From Chloroflexota bacterium (GTDB lineage: Bacteria; Chloroflexota; Dehalococcoidia; JACPPY01): a stretch of DNA of 64,000 bases. Below, one piece after another: positions 9,213 to 18,345 of the stretch; the stretch's first letter is position 1; every line of letters starts with the position of its first letter. The position numbers and the translations under genes are program-made. The DNA is taken from contig JACPPY010000047.1 of assembly GCA_016190755.1 (NCBI GenBank), forward strand, positions 13,752 to 77,751. Reading direction: 5' to 3'. The notes beneath the pieces are model-generated. The model did not search any database, was not told where the DNA came from, and was given only the letters and a program-made list of their open reading frames with translations.

Positions 9213-10377
9213 ACTCAAAGAGCTAGTCCAAGCGGTACTGCCCGAGAGCCGGAACAAGTGGGCGCTCGAATGGAAAAAGGAGAAGGGGAACGTAGTCGGC
9301 GTACTTACTTCCCATGTTCCTGAAGAGGTAATTTATGCTTCCGGGATGTTACCTTTCGGCGTCAGTGGTTCCTGGGAGGCCAGCACCCCCTTTGCCAGCA
9401 TACATCGGCCCAGCATGTCCTGCCGCTATTGTATCCATGTCCTCGAAGCTATTTTGAACGGAGAACTGGATTTCCTTAATGGTTTGGTCAGCATTCCATA
9501 TGATGACGATTTTAAGACGCTGTGGTACCTGATAGACTATCTCGGGAAACCCGGAAGACCCTACATGGGCACGTTTAACCATATCATGTATCTACCCCAC
9601 GTGAATTCCGAAACCACCTTCCCGATGTGGCTGACTTCAGTCCATGAATTGAAAGACCATCTGCAACGCGCCGCTGACCGCCAGATCAGCGACGATTCGC
9701 TGCGCAAGGCCAATGAAACCTATAACACCACGCGTACCCTGCTCAAAAAAGTTTACGAACTAAGAAAGAGGGAAATTCCCGCCATTACCGGGGCAGAGGT
9801 ATTGGGCCTAGTTACGGCCTCAAGAGTGATGCCCAGGGATTTGTTTAACCGGAGTCTGACTGAACTCCTTCCTTACCTGGAGGACCGCAAGGCACCTCTC
9901 AAGAAAGCCCACCCACGCGTTCTGGTCTCCAGCGATTTCCTGGATAACCCGGCTTATATTGACATGATCGAAAATACAGGCTGCGTAGTGGCGATGGACG
10001 ACCTGGACCTAGGTTCGCGCTACATCTGGAACAACATCGACACGGCCATCAAGGACCCGTGGGAGGCTGTCGCCCGGCGCTACCTGGATGTTACCAGCCC
10101 CTTCATGGTCAATTGGAAGAAGTATGCAGACCAACTGATAGGATGGGTGCGCGAATACAGAATAGACGGAGTGATTGACTTCCGCCAGTTGTATTCTTAC
10201 CCACGGGAATACATGTCCACATATGTTGTGCAGCGCCTCAAGGAAGCCGGCATTCCGTACACCTTCGTACGCAGGGATTATCATCTTTCCGGGGTGGGCA
10301 TGTTGACCACCAGGGTCGAAGCTTTCGTGGAAATGCTTCAGGGCACGTTGTCCAACAAACGAACCAGCCCTCACTAA
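9202..10377 (+). CDS. 2-hydroxyacyl-CoA dehydratase / benzoyl-CoA reductase family subunit (partner subunit)
   Basis: N-terminus MENKLKELVQAVLPESRNKWALEWKKEKGNVVGVLTSHVPEEVIYASGMLP matches the characteristic HgdA/HgdB-type N-terminus. The ATG at 9202 overlaps the upstream stop (ATGgaaaaTAA), suggesting translational coupling. The ORF-track start at 9097 is a TTG extension. Confidence 0.75.
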   Translation: MENKLKELVQAVLPESRNKWALEWKKEKGNVVGVLTSHVPEEVIYASGMLPFGVSGSWEASTPFASIHRPSMSCRYCIHVLEAILNGELDFLNGLVSIPYDDDFKTLWYLIDYLGKPGRPYMGTFNHIMYLPHVNSETTFPMWLTSVHELKDHLQRAADRQISDDSLRKANETYNTTRTLLKKVYELRKREIPAITGAEVLGLVTASRVMPRDLFNRSLTELLPYLEDRKAPLKKAHPRVLVSSDFLDNPAYIDMIENTGCVVAMDDLDLGSRYIWNNIDTAIKDPWEAVARRYLDVTSPFMVNWKKYADQLIGWVREYRIDGVIDFRQLYSYPREYMSTYVVQRLKEAGIPYTFVRRDYHLSGVGMLTTRVEAFVEMLQGTLSNKRTSPH

Positions 10378-10419
10378 AGCGTTTAGTGAGGGCTGTCTTC
10401 TCAAAAAGGAGCTGGTTTT

Positions 10420-12090
10420 TCACTTCTTTACTGTGATCGTCTTGAGCCAGTGTCTGTCGTCCTTATCAGGATAGTCCTCTCTATAATGGCTGCCCCGGCT
10501 TTCCTTCCTTTCAAGGGCGGACGAGGACACCATCTCGGCAACATCCAGCATATTGGGTACGGCCAGGACCTTGAACAACTCATCCTTGTGCTTCAGCGAC
10601 AAACGTGGAAGCGCCTCGGCTCTCAGACGCCTCAGCCCGGATAGGCAGCCTTCCAGGCCTTTTTGGTTTCTGACCGTGAGACAGTTGTTCCACATGAGGT
10701 CCTTGATTTTGGTTTCGATTTCCGTAGCTGCTACATCACTCTGGTTCCTAATCTGTTTATCGAACGTATGGCAATCTGCATCGACTTGTTTCTTATCTAC
10801 GGCCAGGCCTGCGAAGTTCCTGGCCCGCTCGGCGGCGTATTTGCCAGCCCTGGCACCGAAGACCTGGCAGCCAGCCAGCATATTGCCGCCAAGCCTATCG
10901 GCCCCATGAGGTCCCGCGGCTGTCTCGACGGTAGCAAAAAGTCCCGGGACGGTGGTCTCGGCTCTTTCGTTGATCCTCAGCCCGCCGTTGAAAGCGTGTG
11001 CTCCGGGGCTGACCTGGATCGGCTTTTCCAGTATATTGCTGCCAAAAGCCTTCATAGTGTTCAGAGCGGTCTCCATGCCATTATAGGGGCCGCCCCTGGT
11101 CGCGATCACCGATCTTTTCAAGTCCTCTTCGGTAAGGCGAGTAAAATCCATGTAGACGGGTCCCCGGCCTTCTGTTATCTCTTTGTATACCGCAATATCA
11201 ATGAACCTCCCCTTGTCCCTGGTGCTGAATGGGCCGTGATGTGACCTGTCGAAGAAACACTGCGCGGCGGTCACTTCCTTGGGCACATATTTGGGTAAGA
11301 ACCTCTCTCTCGAGTCGTTGTAGACATCCGGGCCAAGGAGGCCGAGCACCACGTGCCAGCCCCTTATCATCATCTGAATGAACTCCATGTTGGTGAGCTC
11401 CGCCCCGGCACGGTATCCCAGAGCATAGCCGTCACCCGTAATATCCGCTGGATAGCGATTTGAATGGAATATGGCGGCGGCACCGCCGGTCGCCAGGACG
11501 GTAGATTTCGCCTTGAAAACAATGTATTTGCCTTCCTTGTCGATGCACAGTGCACCGACACAGGCTCTGTCTCGCGCCAGAAGATCCAGCGCCATGACCT
11601 TTTCGACGACTCTGATATCCCTCTTCTCAATCTGTTTCTTGAGCACCGCCACAATGCTTGGGGCTATGCCCATATCGGAAGTCTTGATAAGCCGCGGGCG
11701 GGCTGAAAAGCAGGCCCGTATTTGGTGGTATTTATCTCCGTCCTTGATTATGGTATTCAGTCCCCATTTTTCCAGGTCGTGCAGCCTGTCAAGGGTTTCG
11801 TAGGCAATGATGCGGGCGAGTTTCTCGTCTGCCATGCCTTCGCCAGCCTGAAGGATCTCTTTAAGCTCCTCCTCCGGGCTATCGTTCGGGTCGGTATCCC
11901 CTTTGGGCACGTTGAATCCCCCGTTCCAACCTGGAAGGCAACTGGCGCCCCCTTTCCCGAAAGCGCCCTTCATGACCATGGTGACGGAGGCGCCATTATC
12001 AAAAGCTTCCAGTGCGGACCGGCAACCGGCTCCACCACCACCGATTATGAGGACATCCGTCTCAATAGTATCTAACGCTGTTTTCGCCAT
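10420..12090 (-). CDS. FAD-binding flavoprotein of the succinate dehydrogenase/fumarate reductase (FAD_binding_2) family
   Basis: N-terminal dinucleotide motif DVLIIGGGGAGCRSALEA and C-terminal RGSHYREDYPDKDDRHWLK (Sdh/Frd flavoprotein signature). GAAAGGGAAGG RBS upstream. Confidence 0.75.
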   Translation of the reverse strand: MAKTALDTIETDVLIIGGGGAGCRSALEAFDNGASVTMVMKGAFGKGGASCLPGWNGGFNVPKGDTDPNDSPEEELKEILQAGEGMADEKLARIIAYETLDRLHDLEKWGLNTIIKDGDKYHQIRACFSARPRLIKTSDMGIAPSIVAVLKKQIEKRDIRVVEKVMALDLLARDRACVGALCIDKEGKYIVFKAKSTVLATGGAAAIFHSNRYPADITGDGYALGYRAGAELTNMEFIQMMIRGWHVVLGLLGPDVYNDSRERFLPKYVPKEVTAAQCFFDRSHHGPFSTRDKGRFIDIAVYKEITEGRGPVYMDFTRLTEEDLKRSVIATRGGPYNGMETALNTMKAFGSNILEKPIQVSPGAHAFNGGLRINERAETTVPGLFATVETAAGPHGADRLGGNMLAGCQVFGARAGKYAAERARNFAGLAVDKKQVDADCHTFDKQIRNQSDVAATEIETKIKDLMWNNCLTVRNQKGLEGCLSGLRRLRAEALPRLSLKHKDELFKVLAVPNMLDVAEMVSSSALERKESRGSHYREDYPDKDDRHWLKTITVKK

Positions 12091-12153
12091 ATTTGCCTTC
12101 CCTTTCTCGTTCCCTATTCGTTAGCCATAGAAGGGAATCCCCCGGCAAGTTGT

Positions 12154-13296
12154 CTAGCCGGCTTTACCCGTCAGCTTCATCTCCGCCGCGATAAGGTCCT
12201 CCAGGAATTCCGAGTCCCCCAGGTTTGATTCGGCGGCCATCGCACGGCGCGTGTACATCTGCAGGACGTGCTCTTTGAGAAAAGCTGCCGCTGCGTGTAC
12301 CTGGTGCCCCTCCCAGGCTATCCTGCGACAGGCTGTATTGGCATAAAACTTGGCCATGGCCACGTCTTTGGCACAGGGGAGGCCTTCGCTTAGTTTCCAG
12401 GCTGCCGCCCAGGTTATTATGCGGCATCCTTCCAGGTCTTTCGCCATATCTGTGCATTTGTATTGGACTGCCTGGAAAGCGCCAATCGGTCTGCCAAACT
12501 GAATGCGCTGCTTGGCGTACTCCAGGGTCACTTCCAGTGATTTTTGAGCGCCGCCCACCATCTCGGCGGACTGGACTACCATACCCGGCTGCAATGCCTT
12601 GACTAGGGGCGTCTTATCGCGACCGAGGTCGCATAACAGGTTTTGCGCAGGTGCCTTCACTCGGGAGAAGATGACCTCGCAAAGCCGATACCCTCCCATG
12701 GCCTTGAGCTGAGTTATCTTGATTCCCGGGCTTTTGGCGTCGACCAGGAATAATCCCAGCCTACCGGCGGACTTGCCCTTAACCTGTGCTATGCAGAGGA
12801 AGAAGTCCGCTACATGTCCATAGGGAACAAACATCTTGGTTCCGGTGATGATGTAATAACCGCCCTGCAACGAGGCCTTGGTGGCCATGGCGCTGAGGTC
12901 CCATCCGGTATCTGGCTCAATGAGCGCAAGCGAGAAAATAGTCTTACCGCTGGCTATCCCGGGCAATAGCCTAGCCTTGTCCTGCTCGGAGACGCAGCTA
13001 AGCAACATTTGGCCGCAAGTAGCAACGGAAGACAGATTGGGCGATGGCAGGGCAGCATAGCCGGTCTCCTCTGCCAGGACCACCATGTCCAGTATGTTAC
13101 CTCCAGACCCACCATATTTTTCAGGAATGCCGAGGCCGAGCCACCCCAGCGAGGCCATTTCGCTCCATAGCTCTGAGGAATATCCCTGTTCGCTCTCTTC
13201 CAGCCGCCCTACAAGGCTTGCCGGGCATTTTTGAGATAGCAAATCTCTCGCGCTCTTTTTGAGCATCTCATGTTCTTCGCTCAGGCCCAGATTCAT
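12154..13296 (-). CDS. Acyl-CoA dehydrogenase
   Basis: 380 aa, ACAD family. The catalytic-base region near the C-terminus and the overall length fit the family. Confidence 0.85.
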   Translation of the reverse strand: MNLGLSEEHEMLKKSARDLLSQKCPASLVGRLEESEQGYSSELWSEMASLGWLGLGIPEKYGGSGGNILDMVVLAEETGYAALPSPNLSSVATCGQMLLSCVSEQDKARLLPGIASGKTIFSLALIEPDTGWDLSAMATKASLQGGYYIITGTKMFVPYGHVADFFLCIAQVKGKSAGRLGLFLVDAKSPGIKITQLKAMGGYRLCEVIFSRVKAPAQNLLCDLGRDKTPLVKALQPGMVVQSAEMVGGAQKSLEVTLEYAKQRIQFGRPIGAFQAVQYKCTDMAKDLEGCRIITWAAAWKLSEGLPCAKDVAMAKFYANTACRRIAWEGHQVHAAAAFLKEHVLQMYTRRAMAAESNLGDSEFLEDLIAAEMKLTGKAG

Positions 13297-13336
13297 GGAT
13301 GTAGCTCCTTCTCTAAAGTTAGACGGCTTGCGGACT

Positions 13337-14515
13337 CTAGCCCCGAGGCAGACCCAATCCGCGGACCGCCATGAGATTTTTCATTATTTCCGGGGTAGCC
13401 GCGGCGGACAGGCCAAAACTGCGCATGAACAGGTGTTCTATCCTGCCGTTCATCGGCGCGCCTTTCGAGCCGGGTTCTAGCTGGCCGTAAACACCGAGGA
13501 TCTCCATCGCCCTCTCAACGAATCTGCGCTGCCACTCTTTAGCTCCCAGGTTCAGGGCGCTAGCCTGAGTGCTCGGCACGATTTTCTGGCTGCTGAGCCA
13601 GAATACCCGCCAAGCAAGCAGAGAAAGGACTTCAAGCTCCGTAGCCATTTCAACCAGTTTGTGTCTCACGAATGGGTTTTCACAAAGGGCTTTGCCGCCG
13701 CGCCTGGCATCGCGGCAAAACTGTACAAAATCGTCAAAATCCCGCCGGCGTGCACCGGCGACCCTGAGGCCGCTGGTAGACCTTTCGAAGGTCAGTATCG
13801 TGGCCAGGTTGTTCCAGCCGTCATTCTCGGCGCCGATGAGGTTCTGGCGCGGGATCCTGACATTATCGAAGAAGATTTCGTCCAGGTGGCTCAGTCCATC
13901 GATGGTATTCAGAGGCCGGACGGTGACCCCCGGGCTATGAAGGTCACAGAGCATCAGGCTGATGCCTCTATACTTGTTGGCCTCCAGGTCTGTTCTGGCG
14001 GCGACGACGGTCATATCGTTGCGGCGGGCCCAGCTCTGATAGGTCTTCTGCCCGTTCACCACGTAATAGTCACCATCCCGCACCGCCCGTGTTTTCAGGG
14101 ATGACAGGTCAGAGCCGACTTCAGGCTCGCTAAATGCCTGGCCGACGCGGATTTCCCCTTTTGCGATGAGCGGCAGTATCCTCCGCTTCTGTTCCTCAGT
14201 TCCGAAATGCATCAGTCCGGGGCCGACGAAGTATATTCCGGCATGAACGACCGAATGAAATGCCGCCCGGTGGTAGTAAACTTCCTCACCGAAGATGGCC
14301 TGGTCGATCAAGCTGCGGCCACCGCCGCCGTACTCGGTGGGCCATCCTATGCAAAGCCACCCCCTTTCGGCCAGCTTTTTGGCGAAGGTCAGGGAAAACT
14401 GCCATGCCTCATCGCCGTCATCTTCATCGCTGATGTCTTTCGGCAGTTCTCTTTCGATGAAAGAGGCGACCTCTTTCCTGAACGCCTTCTGCTCCTCCGT
14501 GAAATTCAAATCCAT
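13337..14515 (-). CDS. Acyl-CoA dehydrogenase (second paralog)
   Basis: 392 aa, ACAD family (MDLNFTEEQKAFRKEV...GGGGRSLIDQAI...). Confidence 0.85.
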   Translation of the reverse strand: MDLNFTEEQKAFRKEVASFIERELPKDISDEDDGDEAWQFSLTFAKKLAERGWLCIGWPTEYGGGGRSLIDQAIFGEEVYYHRAAFHSVVHAGIYFVGPGLMHFGTEEQKRRILPLIAKGEIRVGQAFSEPEVGSDLSSLKTRAVRDGDYYVVNGQKTYQSWARRNDMTVVAARTDLEANKYRGISLMLCDLHSPGVTVRPLNTIDGLSHLDEIFFDNVRIPRQNLIGAENDGWNNLATILTFERSTSGLRVAGARRRDFDDFVQFCRDARRGGKALCENPFVRHKLVEMATELEVLSLLAWRVFWLSSQKIVPSTQASALNLGAKEWQRRFVERAMEILGVYGQLEPGSKGAPMNGRIEHLFMRSFGLSAAATPEIMKNLMAVRGLGLPRG

Positions 14516-14596
14516 ACGAACACTCCTGGGGCTATTTTGCCCTCAAAAATTGCACCTAAGCCCGAGCGGGTATGAGAGTCACCTTTTGGTCTCAGT

Positions 14597-15844
14597 TTAG
14601 CTGAGAACCTTGGAGTTAACCAGTTCTACCAACTCGGCATCGGACATGCCCAGTATTTCGGTGATGATGCGATTGTTATCCTGGCCTATCAGTGGGCCAT
14701 GGCGTATCTCACAGGGAGTCTCGGACAGGATGAAGGGCCAGGCCGGAGCCAGGAACCTGCCGATGAGGGGATGGTTGACCTCGCGGTAGACCCCTCTCTG
14801 TTTGACCTGCGGGTCAATGGTCATGATCTCGTTGATTCGTTGCACCTTGCCAGCGGGGACGCCCTTGCTCTGCAAGCGGTCCATGACTTCTTGCGGCGGG
14901 TAGTTCAAGGTCCATTCCTCGACCTTCTTTTCGAGCTCGTCCTCGTTTTTCTTGCGCGATTCCAGTGTTGCGAAGGCGGCTTCCCTGGTCCAGGCCGGAT
15001 TCCCCAGGACTTCGCAAAAAGCCCGCCATTCTTCATCGCTGAAGACTGCGATAGTACACCACTGATCATCCCCTTTGCAGCGGAAGGCGCCGTGCGGGGA
15101 CGCATACGGATGACGGTTCCCTATCCTCTCCTGGGGTCTCCCGTTGGCAGTTAAATCCAGCAGCGAGGCTCCGAGGATATGCACCATCGGTTCGAGTTGC
15201 GTGGCATCGATGCACTGCCCTTTGCCAGTGCGGGCTTTATACCTCAACGCCGCGAGACATGCAATGGTCAGAAACAACGAGCCAAGTACGTCTGCAGGGA
15301 CATTCCATCCGGGGAACAGCGGCTCTTTGCCTGGATAGCCGGTCAAAAAGGTAACTCCGGAGATGGCCGATGTGTGAAAGCCCCAACCGCGGACCTTTTT
15401 GCCCGGCCCCTCCTGTCCGGCAACACTGCCGTTCACCATGATGATATCCGGTTTCAGCTTTTTGAGGTCTTCATAGCCCAGCCCCAGTTTCTCCATCGCC
15501 CCGGGGCGCTGGTTCTGGACCACGATATCCGCCCAGACGGCCAGCCTTTTAAAGATGTCGACGCCCCGAGGCTGGCTCAGGTCCAGTGTCAGACTCATCT
15601 TTCCCGTGTTGAAGTGCGTGAACCCGGGGGCATTGTCCAGCGGCGGCAGACCTTTTACCTGGGGCTGAAGCTGACGCAGAACGTCAGGCGTCTCGGTTGA
15701 TTCTATCTTGATGACCTGGGCGCCGAAATCGCTCAGGCACCGCGTGGCCGCTGGGGCAAATTGGGCAATACCCCATTCGAGGACCTTCAAGCCTTTAAGG
15801 GCGGGTACTTTTTGCTGTGCCAACTTGTTTTCCTCACGACTCAA
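14597..15844 (-). CDS. Family III CoA transferase (CaiB/BaiF/BbsEF-type)
   Basis: N-terminal LKGLKVLEWGIAQFAPAATRCLSDFGAQVIKIE Rossmann-like motif typical of CaiB/BaiF; 415 aa. Confidence 0.85.
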   Translation of the reverse strand: MSREENKLAQQKVPALKGLKVLEWGIAQFAPAATRCLSDFGAQVIKIESTETPDVLRQLQPQVKGLPPLDNAPGFTHFNTGKMSLTLDLSQPRGVDIFKRLAVWADIVVQNQRPGAMEKLGLGYEDLKKLKPDIIMVNGSVAGQEGPGKKVRGWGFHTSAISGVTFLTGYPGKEPLFPGWNVPADVLGSLFLTIACLAALRYKARTGKGQCIDATQLEPMVHILGASLLDLTANGRPQERIGNRHPYASPHGAFRCKGDDQWCTIAVFSDEEWRAFCEVLGNPAWTREAAFATLESRKKNEDELEKKVEEWTLNYPPQEVMDRLQSKGVPAGKVQRINEIMTIDPQVKQRGVYREVNHPLIGRFLAPAWPFILSETPCEIRHGPLIGQDNNRIITEILGMSDAELVELVNSKVLS

Positions 15845-15846
15845 AA

Positions 15847-17079
15847 CTAAATAATACCGCTACACTGATATCTGGCTAGCTCCTGTTCCGCAAGGCCAAG
15901 CTCTCCGCAGTAGACCTCTTTGTTGTGCTCGCCGATTCGCGGAGCGCGGCGTTTAGGAATATCGTCCTGTACCTCGCTGGACTTGAACAGATGGCCCGGG
16001 AACTTGATGGACGTGGATAGCTCCGGATGCTCGACATCGACGAAAAAGTTGCGGAACGCCAGCGGCTCATAATTAAGAACGTCCTGGATATCCTTCACCG
16101 CCCTCAGCATCACGCCCCTTTTGGCGGCCTTTTCCTCTAACTCCTTCTTGGTGTACCGCCCCGTGAGGCTAAGTATCTGGTTCGTGATCCCCTTCAGGAC
16201 CTCATCAGAGGCCGCGGGTGCATGGAACGTGTCCAGGTTGAGCCTATCCAGCACCCCTTCTATGCCCTCATCATGTATCCACTGTGCAAGGGCCTTGAGG
16301 TCTCTCCTGCCAACCCGCCCGGTATCGACGTAGAAGACCACGAAACCGTCGCGGCAAGGGTAGATGAGCCGGGTGCGTAGATCTTCACGCACCTGCATGT
16401 TCCCGGCGCGGTTCGGGACGGTGTGCAGGAACTCCCACCGGTAGGCCCACATGTTGTTCTCGCGCACGATGCTGTCATGCATGGAAACATCGACGTGCTG
16501 GCCCTTGCCTGAAATCATCTCACGGTTGTAGTTGGCGATGAGTGTCCCCAGGGCGGCATTCGTTCCGGCCTGATAATAGGCATGGTCAGGGTTGAGGCGC
16601 AGAGGCGGCTTGCCAGGGTCTCCGCAGAGCGCCATCATGCCTCCGGTGGCCATGGCCACCAGGTCGGATGACTTGTAATGCTTGTAGGGCCCGGTCTGCC
16701 CAAAGGGAGTTATCGAGGTCAGGATTATGCCGGGATTGATAGCACTCAGGGCTTGATAGCCAAGGCCGATGCTGTCCATGTACCCGACAGGGTACGTTTC
16801 AATGACGATATCGGTATTTTTGACCAGCCTTTCAAAAATCCTCCGGCCCTCTGGAGGGTCTATCTTCAAGGTAATCCCCTTTTTGCCGACATTATAGGCA
16901 AACCAGTAGAGGCTTTTTTCAGGGTCCGGGCTGTCCTTAAAGAATGGCCCGAATTTGCGTGCAGCGTCACCACCAGGCTCTTCTACCTTGACGACATCGG
17001 CCCCCAACCGGGCCAGCAAATAGCCGCAAAAACTACCCGTCGCATTGGCGAGGTCCAGAACGCGCAGACCTGAAAGCAC
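15847..17079 (-). CDS. Family III CoA transferase (CaiB/BaiF/BbsEF-type)
   Basis: LSGLRVLDLANATGSFCGYLLARLGADVVKVEEPGGD motif. Start reassigned to the GTG at 17079 with AAGGAG 6 nt upstream, giving M-LSGLRVLDL. The ORF-track start at 17208 would overlap the upstream gene by 95 nt. Confidence 0.8.
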   Translation of the reverse strand: MLSGLRVLDLANATGSFCGYLLARLGADVVKVEEPGGDAARKFGPFFKDSPDPEKSLYWFAYNVGKKGITLKIDPPEGRRIFERLVKNTDIVIETYPVGYMDSIGLGYQALSAINPGIILTSITPFGQTGPYKHYKSSDLVAMATGGMMALCGDPGKPPLRLNPDHAYYQAGTNAALGTLIANYNREMISGKGQHVDVSMHDSIVRENNMWAYRWEFLHTVPNRAGNMQVREDLRTRLIYPCRDGFVVFYVDTGRVGRRDLKALAQWIHDEGIEGVLDRLNLDTFHAPAASDEVLKGITNQILSLTGRYTKKELEEKAAKRGVMLRAVKDIQDVLNYEPLAFRNFFVDVEHPELSTSIKFPGHLFKSSEVQDDIPKRRAPRIGEHNKEVYCGELGLAEQELARYQCSGII

Positions 17080-17113
17080 TTGTCGCTCCTTGAACTGAAA
17101 AATAGTTTGAGGC

Positions 17114-18316
17114 TCAAAGCCTGTCGAAAATGATGGAATCCTTGCGGAGCCTGCGGATTCTTTCGTCGTCGTAGCCCAGGCCCTTGAGGATCTCCTCGCT
17201 GTTCTCACCAGGCACGGGCGCCAGGCTTCTGACGCATCCCGGGGTATCGGACAATTTGATCGCTATGCCGACCTGTTTAACCTTGTTCTTGTTGGGCCCT
17301 TCCAGTTCCACGATCATCCTCCGGTGCAGAACATGTGGGTCGGCGATAACGTCATCCAGCGATGATACCTTGGCTACGGCGACATCCTTATCCTTCAGGA
17401 ATTCGAACCACTCATCCCGGGTACGGGTGAGAAATATACTTCTGAACTCTGCGAGCACCTTCTGCCATTTCTCATCCGGAGCGGAATATAAATGGCCGAT
17501 CTCAAATCCTAGAGAAACTAGATCTTCGCGGCCCAACGCCCGGCAGAGGTTCCCCCATAGTCCATGCTCGACGCAAGCGAAGCTGATGTACTTGTGGTCA
17601 CTGGTCTCATAGACATGATAGTAGGGGTACGCCCCCGCACCCATCATTTTGCCACGTTTGGGCAGTATGCCCTCTCGGAAGTAATGCGTCGTCCTTTGAG
17701 CCAGGAGAGAGATAACGGTATCAAGGTATGAAATATCGATGTACTGGCCCTTCCCAGTCTTGTTCCGGGCGACAACGGCAGCCAGTATTCCAACGGCAGC
17801 ATGCATCGCCGCCCCGGCGTAATCTCCCACGAAGTTCAAGGGTATCACCGGTGCGCCGTCAGGCTCGCCGATCAGGTCCAGTACCCCGGCAAAAGAAAGA
17901 AAGTTGACATCGTGTCCCGGCAGATCGCGGTAAGGCCCATCCTGGCCGTACCCCGTCATGGAGCAATAGATAATGGAAGGGTTTATTTTCACGATGGCCG
18001 GATAATCAATCCCGAGCCGCTTGGCCACCCCCGGCCTGAACGGCTCGACGATGACATCCGCCCTCTTGGCAAGCTCGTAAAAAATGGCGCGTCCTTCCTG
18101 GCTTTTCAGGTTGAGGCCGAGGCTTTTCTTGTTGCGGTTCTGGGAGTCGTAGTCGGCCCTTCTTCTTGCCTCTTTGCCCTGGACCGGCGCCCGGGCGCCA
18201 ATCCTCCCCTCAATGTTGATCACCTCCGCTCCCAGGTCTGATAAGAGCCATGTGGCAAAGCCACCGGGGTATCCGGCGGACAGGTCAATTATTTTGAGTC
18301 CCTCTAACGCTAACAG
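17114..18316 (-). CDS. Family III CoA transferase, third paralog; start codon uncertain (possible CTG start, or disrupted gene)
   Basis: The GTG-start ORF at 18223 lacks the family's N-terminal motif. That motif (EGLKIIDLSAGYPGGFATWLLSDLGAEV) is encoded in-frame directly upstream. The frame is closed by a TAA at 18332-18334, leaving only a CTG at 18316 as a candidate start (GAGGGAGG 6 nt upstream). Confidence 0.55.
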   Translation of the reverse strand: MLALEGLKIIDLSAGYPGGFATWLLSDLGAEVINIEGRIGARAPVQGKEARRRADYDSQNRNKKSLGLNLKSQEGRAIFYELAKRADVIVEPFRPGVAKRLGIDYPAIVKINPSIIYCSMTGYGQDGPYRDLPGHDVNFLSFAGVLDLIGEPDGAPVIPLNFVGDYAGAAMHAAVGILAAVVARNKTGKGQYIDISYLDTVISLLAQRTTHYFREGILPKRGKMMGAGAYPYYHVYETSDHKYISFACVEHGLWGNLCRALGREDLVSLGFEIGHLYSAPDEKWQKVLAEFRSIFLTRTRDEWFEFLKDKDVAVAKVSSLDDVIADPHVLHRRMIVELEGPNKNKVKQVGIAIKLSDTPGCVRSLAPVPGENSEEILKGLGYDDERIRRLRKDSIIFDRL

Positions 18317-18345
18317 ATGGAGCCTCCCTCGTTAGGACCAGATCT

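Noticed and set aside
9181-9242. Displayed sequence line 9181 carries 62 characters (last block caagcggtactg; gagagg where both overlapping ORF translations require gagg)
   Set aside because: The ORF track and the downstream coordinates (the stop at 10375-10377 checks out) are consistent with no extra GA. This was treated as a formatting glitch rather than a biological frameshift.
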